Positions 11,590-22,918 of a DNA stretch of 64,000 bases are shown piece by piece (position 1 is the first letter of the stretch; each line of letters opens with the position of its first letter). The translations under genes and the position numbers were made by a program. Origin of the DNA: Azolla caroliniana (taxonomy: Eukaryota > Plantae > Polypodiophyta); assembly GCA_043228905.1 (NCBI GenBank), contig JBHGNT010000005.1:3038001-3102000 (forward strand). Reading direction: 5' to 3'. The notes beneath the pieces were generated by a model. The model searched no databases, was not told the origin of the DNA, and saw only the letters and a list, made by a program, of their open reading frames with translations.

Positions 11590-13850
11590 ACAACCCACAC
11601 GTAACGAGCTTGGTGATAACGAAGACCACCTAAGTAAAGAGAGGAGGTAGCGAAGAAGTGCAAGAAATGATATACCTCCATGTGAAAATTCAAGGTTGAG
11701 CTCCAAATACTGAAAGATGAATGTAAAAAATAGAGAGCTCTTCATTCTCCTCAGGCCAACAAAATGCAAAAACCCTAAAATAAGAAGAAAGAAAAAATTC
11801 TTTTGAACAAAAAAAATCGAAGAAGACTAAAAAACAATCGAAGAAAACCACAAATGAGTTCTCTTCCCCTCCTTTTATAGGGAGAGAGGCACCTCATTTC
11901 CATTAAATACAAATATTCCTCTTTTTCTTTGAAAAGTCCAGAAAATATTCAAACTCTGTACTTATAGTATTAAATCGATGGTCATTTTCCACATTCCGGC
12001 AAAGCCACATCATGACAACAATCGTTGCATCTCTTATAAGCATTGTTGTCATGGCTCATTCACAAAGGTGCGCCATTGTTATTTCTTTCACTAGATGTCA
12101 CATTGCTCAAACTCAAAGCCAATCAAACATTTTGCCTCTTAAGAAAGAGAGATGAAAAACGCAACATGTTATGTGTCCTACACCACCACAACTCAAATGT
12201 AGATGGTTTGCTCAATATTGTTACTTCTTAGCTTTAGATAATGGCCCTCAACAACATGTCACCTTGATCTCCGTCCCATCTGTTGAAATAGTTTTCCTTC
12301 TTGTCTAGGCCTTGAAGGTGGTGTCTCTACCATCTAAGCATACATCTACTCTTATTTGGGGTGTAACATTTATAGATGATCAAAACAACACTCAAATAGA
12401 CTATTATCACATTGCATAGCTCCACTAGTTGTGTATATAAGTGAATTTATGCTTCTGTAAAAAGGTAAGAAATAAACCTTTCATAACATAGCCCATGGTG
12501 GACTTCTTTCATTGTGCTTGGTGGCTAGTCTGAATGTATTTTACCACAAAACGTTTTATGCCACAGTGTTATTTTGCACTTCCAAGGGTTATTATAAAGT
12601 TCTATGGGGTTGCCTTCCTCATGATTGGTTCGTCCCATGATTGGGGAAATATAACAAAATCGAGCAAATTGTGGAATATAATAAAATATCAAAAAAAGGA
12701 ATTCATTAAGGTTCTTAACCACAATTATGACCCTTGGGTGAAGAGCATGAAACAAATAAAAATTATCATCTTTGTCTCATACCATCCAATATTATGTCAT
12801 GTTATACCTAGGTAGTTGAATAGAGATCAAAACAAAATATGGAGTGAAGTTGTAGCCACGCTAAAGAACCAATACAATGGCATCATAGGTGGATCCGATG
12901 GAGTCGAAAGACAACAATTAGCTTTCATCCAACAATAGTTGTCCTCTCCCTTTCTTGAGTCAATGGGCCTCCACATAAGATGGAACTTCGAGTCCCTTTT
13001 TGGGATTTGCACATAAGATTCTTAGCTATAAACCTTATAACTAATGGCATCACAGGTGGAACTAATGGAGCCGAAAGACAACGATTAGCTTTCATCAAAC
13101 AATAGTCGTCCTCTCCCTTTCTTGAGTCAATGGGCCTCAACATAAGATGGAACTTCGAGTTCCTTTTTGGGATTTGCATATAACATTCTTAGCTATAAAA
13201 CTTTATAACTAATGGAAGGAGTTTTGTTTTTTGGAAAAAAAATAAAAATCGGATCCAACGAAGAGAATTTGGCCTCACCTATATCTTCAATCGAAAATAC
13301 TAAGCTCAAGAAAAACTATCACAAAATATTTTTACATAAACATGACATTATTTTCCTTACCATACGACTATAGGGTAGACATTTCCTCCATATGTTGTCT
13401 TGATGTGACGGGCTTGAAGGTAGAAAATGAATTAAAAAGGGGGTCCAAGTTCCAACCATAGTTACTATGAGAATAAATATAGGGCCATTGACTTAATACA
13501 ACAAGGATAGAGTTCGAATCCGTGCTAGTGTGTATTAATGAATATTTGTTCTCCTTTTGTATTTTCGAAGTAAAAAGGGAATATTTGCATTTAATGCAAA
13601 ATGAGGCGCCTCTTCTTATAAAAGGAGGAGAAGATGACTCATTTAAGGTTCTTCATTTTTTGGGTATTTTGGGATAAGATGGGGTCAGATTTAGGAGAAG
13701 AAAGAGCTCTTCATTCCAATGTTCATCTTTCAAGGATTTTGCATTAAGGTATACCGTTGTTTATTTTCACTTGCTCTTCTGTCCTCCTCTTCTACTCCAA
13801 TGTCTTTGTTGTCGTCATCGCCACCACCTAGCTTGTTAGGCGTGGATGGC
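11590..13850. repeat. Two diverged copies of a ~300-bp repeat in inverted orientation (~11590-11945 and ~13555-13850)
   Basis: GAGAGGCACCTCATTTCCATTAAATACAAATATTCC (~11885) is the reverse complement of GGAATATTTGCATTTAATGCAAAATGAGGCGCCTC (~13578). Looser similarity continues through GAGAGCTCTTC and GAAAGATGAA/TTCATCTTTC. Confidence 0.6.
12830..13248 (+). mobile_element. L1 3'-end fragment with tandem-duplicated terminal ~167 bp and A-rich tail
   Basis: Encodes an ORF2 C-terminal remnant (IWSEVVATLKNQYNGIIGGSDGVERQQLAFIQQ). Units are 12876-13042 and 13043-13210. It ends TAACTAATGGAAGGAGTTTTGTTTTTTGG-An. Same family as the 20.99-21.59, 56.0-57.3 and 57.5-58.2 kb copies. Confidence 0.8.
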
Positions 13851-14564
13851 TTCGTGAAGAGATTCGGCTAGTGTGCTCAACGGTCGTTTGAAGGGAGCAC
13901 AGAGTGGCTTGGGGACACTATGCCGACACCAAGGTGTCGTAGTTGTTGATAGTAGTCATGATCTCGAAGGTCCACTGGACTCACCCATTTTCGTGCTTTC
14001 ATTTAATTTCGTGCTACCTCATTCGTGGCATATCATTTGGTGACATTGTTTTGTTGTAAGAAAGAGGCATTTCTCAATAATATCCTATATTTTGAACAAT
14101 AATAACGTATTAGTTGCCTATCACCATTGTGTGTGAGTGTGACGAGGATTAAACGGTTGACAACAAACGAGTATTGCCACTCTTCTTTCATCTTAGGGGC
14201 ATTCACTTCATTTCATTCCTTCACATCCTATATTCACATCATCATCTTACTTTTGAATCCCTCGTGATTCCGTTTTTGTGACAACGCTTCCAATAGACAA
14301 TATCTTGTTTCAAGCAACTTGATGTTGAATTTGAACAAGGGAAGGCGTAAACTTCCCTTTAGTTACAAGATGATTGAAAACAATCATGAATTATTCTTGA
14401 GAGTTTAATTATTGCATTATCTCTTGCTAACGATCAATCATTATTACAAAGATTTAACCAAATAATAGTTAGTTGTTCAACTACAAACTAGCTAACACTC
14501 TTTTCACTCATAGGTATGGACAAAACTCAACTAAAAAAGATTGATAACTTTAGAGTCGTTCACC

Positions 14565-15872
14565 AAATTTATTTTTATTTTTGACAAAAAGATATGCCTT
14601 GGTAATATAAAATCATAAGAAATACAAAAGTTGTGTTGGATATACCAACTGATTCCCTTGTACTCTCATCATGCGCCTTAGTATATTACTTGAAAACTCT
14701 ACATAGCAAAAACAGAAGGAGACATTTCATCTCACTTCTTATTGTAAGATACAAAAGCTACTACCTTCTTTTATGTTGGATAGTGGATAGTATTGTTCTA
14801 CTTGTTCATATATGACATCATTTGCACTAGCTTTTGTATCTTACAAAAAGAAGTGAGATGAAATGTCTCCTTCTGTTTTTCTAATGTAGACTTTTCAAGT
14901 AATATACTAAGGTGTATCTTCCTTAAAATAAAATAAAAAGGTATGACATAATTCCACTTCGAACCAACAGTTGTATCCGAAAATAAGTGAAGTCCTTGCC
15001 ATTGAATCTTATAGACCACTTGTCGTTGCCACAAAACATCATTTGAATCTTGCAGATCATCATATTGACCATGTACTGTGTGAACAAACCACATCCAGAA
15101 TTCAATAAGCATAGCGTTGAGATGTATGTGGACATTGTTAAAAATATAATCACATCTCGCTTTCCACATTATCCAAAGAGACAATGACGTAATAGTATGC
15201 CAAATGACCAGATTTTTAATTCTAAACTGTGAAATAGAAGAAGGAAACAAGGTGAGAGAGAGGTGTCCATAAGAAAAACGAAAAACATGAGAAGCATGTA
15301 TACTTTCATACCCCATTACCTCTCCATGAAGGACACCGCACAATACTGCACCCCCAAAGAATATTGAACGAGAGTAGTGTTGTCTCAACAATAAAAACAA
15401 CTTGCTCCAAAATTCTTGATCTTGGGACATAACCAAAACACATGCAAAATCGATTCAGTAGGTGCGTCACAATGCAATCCACAAGCATATTGTTGATGTT
15501 TTTTGCTGACAAAAAGATATGCCCTGGTATTATAAAATCATAAGAAATACAAAAGTTGTGTTGGATATACCAAGCGATTCCCTTGTACTCTCGTCATGGC
15601 CGATTTGATGTTGATGTTGTCTCAACCAATCACCAACAGGAAGAACATAATGAATCAATGGAGAAAGTCGATTTTTGGTGGAAATGGTAAACATTTGGAG
15701 TTTTCCAATATTTAGTTAAGCTAGGTAGAAATTTGTTGTTGCAGTCAAAATATCAATGCTCTACTGCCATGAAGCACAAGTCTAAGACTAATGTGCAGGA
15801 ATTACAACTTGCAAATTTTTGGAAATGGTTGTGGAGCATCCAGTTGCCAAAAAAAGTTATTTGCTTTCGTTG
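14565..15872 (-). mobile_element. Rearranged 5'-truncated L1 copy (ORF2 zf-RVT/C-terminus) with nested self-insertion and 5' inversion
   Basis: ORF 14798-15436 contains SLWIMWKARCDYIFN...GQYDDL, homologous to the C-terminus of the full L1 ORF2. There is a T-rich tail at ~14568-14582. The copy is closely similar to 30893-31900, and 15659-15872 is inverted relative to that copy. Confidence 0.82.
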
Positions 15873-17379
15873 CATATTGATTGAAGCATTTCTTATCGTG
15901 TTCTTTAATGCTCTTCAAATAATTTCTTCATAAGTTCATGAGACCATCCAGTCCTATCTTTATCTCCATAATTTGGTTTGTTCATGTTAGCATCTTAGTG
16001 ATGAGACATCCATTGATTCTCTTATTGAGATTTATCAAGAAGGCATACACCGCATTTGTAAGTACTTCCAACCAACTAATTTGAAATATCAACACCATGT
16101 ATTACTGTAACAAGCAACAAGAAGAAAATATTCTAATTGTTCTGAAAAGGGATGATAAGTATGAAGCCCACATCTTGCACATATCAAATACTAACTTATC
16201 AAGGATTAAGAAGTAACCCCAATGCTATATATCTTGTATAACTTTTCGTAGTTGAATAACAAAAAGATCATTTTCTTGTAGGTGCAGGTGCAATAGAAAA
16301 AGCATCCCCCATATAAGGAGCAATATCAATTCTACCCCGTATTGTTTCTCAATTATTAATACCCCAATTATGAATATCAAGGGTTTGTACAATTACTGGC
16401 TAATTAAAACTCCCATGAAGGAATGGATGACCTATGAGTTAGCCATATCCTTATAGATAGTTTAGAATATATATTCCGTTAGTTCCTTCACATAATTGGA
16501 TGAAACACGATATTGTACCACCAATCAAAAGCCAATATGGAGAACGAGTTACTCTCCTTGATATCTACGTTTTTTATTCTCTATATGCATAAAAACATGA
16601 CAATCACTTTTGGAGGACATTTGAATTGTGCTCATGTGTGAAGCCATGAATGGACTAAATACTCACCATATATCTAATTAAGAAGCAACATTTTATCTTT
16701 TTCACTTAGTTTATCCTATTTTTAGAGGATTCAATAAGTTTTACACAATAATTGAGCATAAGGGACGAGTTCTCTATTATTATTTATATACAACGACAAT
16801 TTTGCATCTAGAATTATGATTTTGTTCTTTCTCATTGGCTATGACAATAATTGATTCTCCCACAACAAGGTCAACATGACAACTATTAAACAATGACAAA
16901 TATATGTGAGAAATGTGTAAGAAAAATCTCAAAAAGGTTATGTTGTCTTAACCTTATAACAAATTAATCATTTGGAGATTGGTTTCATATTTAAAGCAAC
17001 ACAATACCGAAATGGTTTTCAAGTGATTTGACTTACACAAAGAATATAGAAGACTACTTTAACCATGTTGAACAACAAGTTAGTCATGTTGACCCAAAAA
17101 CTAATACATGAAGGCCATGAAATTTGAATAATGATTGTTGTTGAACTCCAAATGATGAAGATGGAGGGATGAAGGGTGGTATAACTTTATTGAAATGAAG
17201 AGGGAGGCAGTGAAGGGTAGTGAGAAACACTGAAGATGATGGAAGGCTGTGAAGACACATTGTCGTGACTACATAATGAAGATACTACTTAAAGAAGATT
17301 AAAACTACAAAAGTGAGACTATGGATATGTGTGGAAATGAGAATGAGAATGAGAGAAGAGTATGTTAAAACTTAGTAGG

Positions 17380-17958
17380 TTAGGGGCATGAGAGGTTGGG
17401 AGGAGCATTGTAACCACAACTAGTGAAGATAGAGGCAATGACATCGACCTTGGTTTTGATGTTGATGATGCCAAGGATATTAGCATCAATGGCGGCACAC
17501 CAACACACCTCTATATCCAAACCGATAAGGTCAAGCAAAGCACAACAATCACTCTCCTTGGGGTTACCAAGGATGCCACGAAGAAGAGGCACACAAACTC
17601 CAAGCTTGACAATGTTAATGGGGCAAGTCGGAGGAGGAAGAGTTGTGGGTGGGGGAAAGGTAGGGCTAGATGGAGGTATACTATTTGGCGGGGGTGAGGC
17701 TTTTGGTATTGTCGGGGGTGATAGTGGTGTAGTAGGGGTAGTTGGGGTGGTTGGTGTAGTTGGTGAGCTTGGTGAGCTTGGTGAGCTTGGTGGATATGAT
17801 TTAGCATGGTGGTGGTGGTGATGATGATGATTATGATGATTGTGTTTACTAGCAGGTGGTGGGCATGGCACTGGGGGATTAGCCATAGCCCCTTGCATCA
17901 CCACCATCATGAAAGTCATGCCTAAGCAAACTAGGAGATTCATAGAAGAATTAGCCAT
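17380..17958 (-). CDS. Hybrid proline-rich protein (HyPRP; signal peptide + His tract + Pro-rich region + 8-cysteine LTP-like domain), 192 aa, intronless
   Basis: Hydrophobic N-terminus (MNLLVCLGMTFMMVVMQGAMA), HNHHNHHHHHHHH, and PSS/PTT/PPP repeats. C-terminal TCPINIVKLGVC...DCC...VCWC...SCG...SCP gives the C-C-CC-CXC-C-C pattern. TATA-like TTATATAA at 18008-18015. Confidence 0.93.
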   Translation of the reverse strand: MANSSMNLLVCLGMTFMMVVMQGAMANPPVPCPPPASKHNHHNHHHHHHHHAKSYPPSSPSSPSSPTTPTTPTTPTTPLSPPTIPKASPPPNSIPPSSPTFPPPTTLPPPTCPINIVKLGVCVPLLRGILGNPKESDCCALLDLIGLDIEVCWCAAIDANILGIINIKTKVDVIASIFTSCGYNAPPNLSCP

Positions 17959-18726
17959 TTCTAGTGCTTTGTCGATAACTGAGTATCATAAATGAGTAAC
18001 TCATTCCTTATATAAGCAACCAAATCCTAGGGGGGACATATAAAATTTAAAAAATGTGACATCATCAAAAAGCTCCACATCATTGGCAAATATAAATTGT
18101 TAGCACGTCTGATTTTGGCTTTGGTGAGATTGCTCCCGTGACTCTACTAGGACCAACTATAGGGGTGAAAAACAAAAAAAATGTACACATAAAAGAACAT
18201 TTGCTTTCTTTATAGTTATGTGTCTTTACCATCCAATGAAAATATGACCATTTGATAAAAAAACTCTTATCCCTCAGAGAATATGAGTTATTAAAATATG
18301 AGGATTGGGAAAACTCTTACATGTTAACCATTGGATAGCTTTTATGTAACCATCGGAAAAGCTTTTAAGTGAACTCTAGAGTAGCTTTTCTATCATAGAA
18401 GGACGAGGGTAAAAAACAAATACATTTTTCTCGTTGTTGTCTATATATTTTCATATATTTGATTATAGATAGGTTATTTCTGCATATAGACTTCAAAAAC
18501 AAATTGTTTCATGTAGAGCCTCGTTAAAGACTCGTGTGAATATTTGCAAATGAGCCTTTTACATAATCCCCTTTAGTAAGGAAAAAAAAGGGACAATAGA
18601 AAAAGCTTTCAACCCATAAGAAAAACAAGACAATTTTGCTTGTTCACACTTTTATGTTCTAATTGTTTAGCATCAATTATCAACACCCTTCAATAATGGT
18701 GTATAGTCCTTGAAAAGCGACCACAA

Positions 18727-18842
18727 CTTCATTTATACATGTTTTCTTGTAGCCATGCAAATTGGCTTGTAACATATGAGTTGTATATTATCCTATGTAC
18801 TTTTTCTTAACTAATGGAAATAGTTTTTTTTTTGTAAAAAAA
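18727..18842 (+). mobile_element. Very short (116 bp) 5'-truncated retroposon insertion with poly(A) and 14-bp TSD
   Basis: TSD AAAAGCGACCACAA at 18713-18726 and 18843-18856. The insert ends TAACTAATGGAAATAG-Tn-GT-An. Uninterrupted versions of the host repeat (CCTTGAAAA.GACCA(C)AAGGAAAA) occur at ~19333 and ~19585. Confidence 0.8.
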
Positions 18843-20988
18843 AAAAGCGACCACAAAGAAAAGCTTGTTTCTATCACTAGGTAAAGAAACTCCTTCAAGC
18901 ATCCTAAGGCTTGCATAAAGGCTTTTTCTTTACAATTCAATTGGCTTTTTATCATGCATAACACTAGAGGAACTTACAAGAAAATAGAACTATATTTTTT
19001 CCTTTATAAATATTGTGCTAGGACAATTGTAATCCAGAAGCTCCAAAAATCAATCAATATTGAATTAGTACAACTTTTCTCCAAATTCCACCAAGATCTT
19101 TGCTAAAACTTCTGGATATAAACTTCCCAAAAGTCTTGTTTTACATAGAGAAATATAAGAAATTTTATTAGTTTGGAAAATAATGAAACTTTTGAGCTTT
19201 TATTATTCATGATTTCCAACCTTAAAATATACACTCTCGGGACGGTTAGTTTTGGCTAACAATAATCAAGAATTGTGTGTATAATTTACAGGCAAGCTTT
19301 GAACATTACCTTCTTGAATAAGGGTGTCTAATCCTTGAAAAGAGACCAAAGGAAAATGCATTAAATTTTTTACTCCTACATGCAAGAAGAACAAGTAAGG
19401 CATTGAGCCTCATATTTTATTGAGATTCTAACATAAATGATCACCCTTCTTGACAAGGACATGAGAGAACTTAAAAAGAGACCTTCAAGACAATGCTTTT
19501 TAGAAGCTTCTTCCAAGCACAATGCCTTAGTTGTCGACAATTGATAAAATCAGTTATCATCTCCTTCAATAAAAATATAAGAGTCCTTGAAAAATGACCA
19601 CAAGGAAAAGTTTTTTCTAATCTAGAAAGAGCATTAGAATTTCCTTCTTCCTTCAATTTCCACTATAGTCAATGAGCATAACAACAAGCCAAATAACAAA
19701 TATACCCTTGAATCCGAAAATTGCAACTGGTAATTTTGAGATATGGCGTTTGTAAGTAATATTACACTTTGGTGTACATCTTTTGAAGTTGAGATGTTTG
19801 AAAGTATTCCAATATGTGTCACAAAGGCCCACTAAAACAATTACTAAGATTTTGACAGAGATTGTGTATAACCTAAGAGGTTGTTTGGATAATATAAAAG
19901 GTGACACTCAACAAGTTGAATTGCAACAATTGAAGTTTCATGCCACATGGGACAAAGATCTATTTTATTGGCATTTTTTGATAAGATGGAGTGGTTTTAC
20001 TCTACAATAAAATATTTATTTGAGTTGATGACGAGAATGTAAAAAAGGGGGAGATAGGTACATGCATGTAAAGTAATTTCTTTTACACCTCAAAGGAATT
20101 TTCTTAATACTAATGAATTATTTTTCATTGACAAAAAAAGAAGCTAACTAATTTAGAGTGGTGATACTATAACATCTCGGCATTCACTCATTTTTTATAA
20201 TTATAATTTCCAATGGTTAGCCAAAGGCGATGATTTCACCTTGTTCTTTAACATATATTCTTTTGTTTATTTATATTGTTTCGGGGTCTAGTCGTCAAGG
20301 TGCATAGGATGCTATAAGACATGAAAAAGTTGCTTTATAGTTATCTTATCTCTCTATCTTTGGGGTGAAAATGTTCGGTAGCATTTTGTTGAGCGAAGTT
20401 TCTTCAAGTCAAGATAGAGACATGACACATGATCCTACTTCTTGAGGCCATATCACTTTCCATTAATATTTGTGCATAGAAATGGTTGTTAACTACATGC
20501 TTAAGGTTAAAACAATCCTCACTTTGACATTCTAAAATTGCTTGGGAAGAAAGTAAATAAGTTTAAAAGACACACAAAAACATAATTCAATGAGTTCAAG
20601 GTGGATGTAAGATATGAAGAAATGGTTTGGACGATGGAATGCATTACACTTACTTCACAATGTCTCACTATATTCCTCGGTGAATTGGGACTTTCACAAA
20701 GCCCATGTATCACTTCTTTGAAGATTTATTGAAGCTCACTTTCACACATTATATTACATATGTTCGGCCTTTGGTAAAAGATAATATTTCTTTAAATTCC
20801 CCTTCTCACAAGCCTACGATGTAGCCTCTCTTCTGTCTATCTTTGTCGCTTTTATAGTATGTTGGTTGATAACTTTCATCTCACACACAAGTCATTTTGA
20901 GCTTTAACAGACATTAACACTATATCTATCATTCACTTGTTCTTTATTTTTTTATCTCATTTCATTGGGTTTGTATTGTAGTGGTAAG

Positions 20989-21590
20989 TTTTTTTTCCCC
21001 AAAAACAAAACTTCTTCCATTAGTTATACAATTTTACAGTTGAGAATGTTATATACAAATCCTAGAATGAACTTGATAGTTCCATCTTATGTGGAGGCCC
21101 ACTGACTCAAGAAAGGGAGAGGACGGTCATTATTGGATTAAGGTTAATTGTTGTCTTTCGGCTCCATTGTATTGGTTCTTTTGCGTGGCTACAACTTCAC
21201 TCCATATCTCTTGCAATAACATCACTTGGTACATGGTTTGATTGGAGAAGACCCTCCTACAATATTGTTTCCAGACAATCCATAATGTTATTGGGTTGCC
21301 AATTCCAATAGGACTTGAGTTTTGGCATTGATGGGAGTTGAGTGAATATTGTGGGTCGTGGAAAACAAGATCTCTTATGCCTTTATCAACAACATTAACC
21401 CCTCCTCTTGATTTCATATCTATTAATTGGGGCCTACCATGATAACCAACATACATTCCCCCAGTTGAATGTGCCTTGCACCTAACATAATTGCAATAGT
21501 AGACTAAACCCCTGCCGTATTTGATGGGTAAGCCATATTTTTAATTAGCATATGCACCAATGTGTTCCAAAATTTCCCTTTGCACTATTT
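20989..21590 (-). mobile_element. 5'-truncated L1 3' fragment
   Basis: ORF 21130-21456 ends ITLWIVWKQYCRRVFSNQ...QEIWSEVVATQKNQYNG. The terminus CCATTAGTTA (21017-21026) plus the T-run at 20989-20996 is the reverse complement of the shared L1 tail. Confidence 0.8.
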
Positions 21591-22157
21591 CACTAGACAT
21601 GGTAAGGAATGTAAGAGTTGAAGTCATGGCTATACCATTGTGATGCAAATAGTAAGGTTCTCTATCATATTATTCATGTTTCTATACGTTCATCTTTTTG
21701 GGATGGTAAAAAACTATTGCCCTAACATTTTTACTTGACGAATCTAATAACTCTATTTCTCCACATAAAAGAGAATATGAAATATTGAGTTGTAGAAGGG
21801 GCAATCTAAAATGCAGGCCTTATAGAAAGGGTAATATATATTTGTAGACTTAAAATATGGGCATATACCGTTAATTAAAAGTAAGAGTCCTTATAGAAAG
21901 CGTAATATATTTTTTAAGTCCTTACATAAAGGGTAATACATTGTTATAGTCTTATAAAATATAGGCATATACCGCTAATGGATTAACCTACCTCACCAAG
22001 TCAATATGATTGTGAATATTTGTAGCCTATTATGAGCATACAAATCTTATGGCAAGAATCTCTCTAAAATGCATTCAACTTTTAGATTTAGAGGCAAATA
22101 TTAATATCGCAACTCTTTCTTCTTGGTAAAATGCAGAATTGGATTTTAACTCCTAGT

Positions 22158-22348
22158 CACTGCTTTTAGGTATAGGTATCTACTTACTTTAGGTAGTCAG
22201 TTTGAAAAACTATGTAAGTAGTCTCATTTTCTGGATCTTGATCTGAGGGAGATTCCCCGTTTTGTGTATAAGCTTCCTTGTATAGTCTCCTTGTAATAAT
22301 CCTTCCTAACTAATGGGAAAGTAGCTTTATTTTGGGGAAAAAAAAAAC
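22158..22348 (+). mobile_element. Short 5'-truncated retroposon 3' end with A-tail and 9-bp TSD
   Basis: TSD ACTCCTAGT at 22149-22157 and 22349-22357. It ends TAACTAATGGGAAAGTAGCTTTATTTTGGGG-A10. Confidence 0.65.
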
Positions 22349-22918
22349 ACTCCTAGTTTTTAAACTACAATGGTTAAAGTTGATATTAGATCAAGGCAAT
22401 GGGGAAAGAATGAAAAACAGGCAAGTGATGGCGGAGATGATATTGGCAATGATTCTGTTGAGCGAACAAACAATGGGGAAAATCTTTGGGAGTCTATCAA
22501 GAAGCTTACTGGGACCATGGCGAGGAGCAGGAGCAGAGCATGGCGGGAAGAGGAAATGGCGAGCAGGAGCACGGTGAGGAACGCGCGTGCTGGCTAGCTG
22601 TGTGTCGCTGTCCAAGATCTCGCGCAGCGGCTATCGTAGGAGGGAGTTTTGGCCGCTCGTCAAAGGCTGTTCTACTCTGTGGGGCTGTCAGGGTTGCAGG
22701 GAGGGCGTCGAATGCAACCGATTCCTTTCTCCTACAACGAGTCAACGTCACAACAAACATTGGAGTGGTTGTCGGCTGCATAGAGCGCCTCAAATGAACC
22801 ACATTGATTGTGAGTTTACCTACCCCTACAATGTCAGTTACGTTTTTATTAGGGAGTAAGGCTAAGAGTAGAGCATTAGAGGGCAAGGGAGCCAAAGGGC
22901 AACGGGCTACAAGAGAAC

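Noticed and set aside
13480-13530. GTTCGAATCC B-box-like motif suggesting a tRNA or SINE
   Set aside because: No convincing A-box, cloverleaf or tail could be built around it.
17423-17821. 132-aa Gly/Val-rich ORF on the + strand
   Set aside because: It is the antisense shadow of the HyPRP Pro-rich repeats.
22391-22918. Possible N-terminal extension of L1 ORF1 in the same frame
   Set aside because: About seven in-frame stops in ~330 bp versus none in the next 2.3 kb, so I treated it as 5' UTR. A decayed coding origin cannot be fully excluded.
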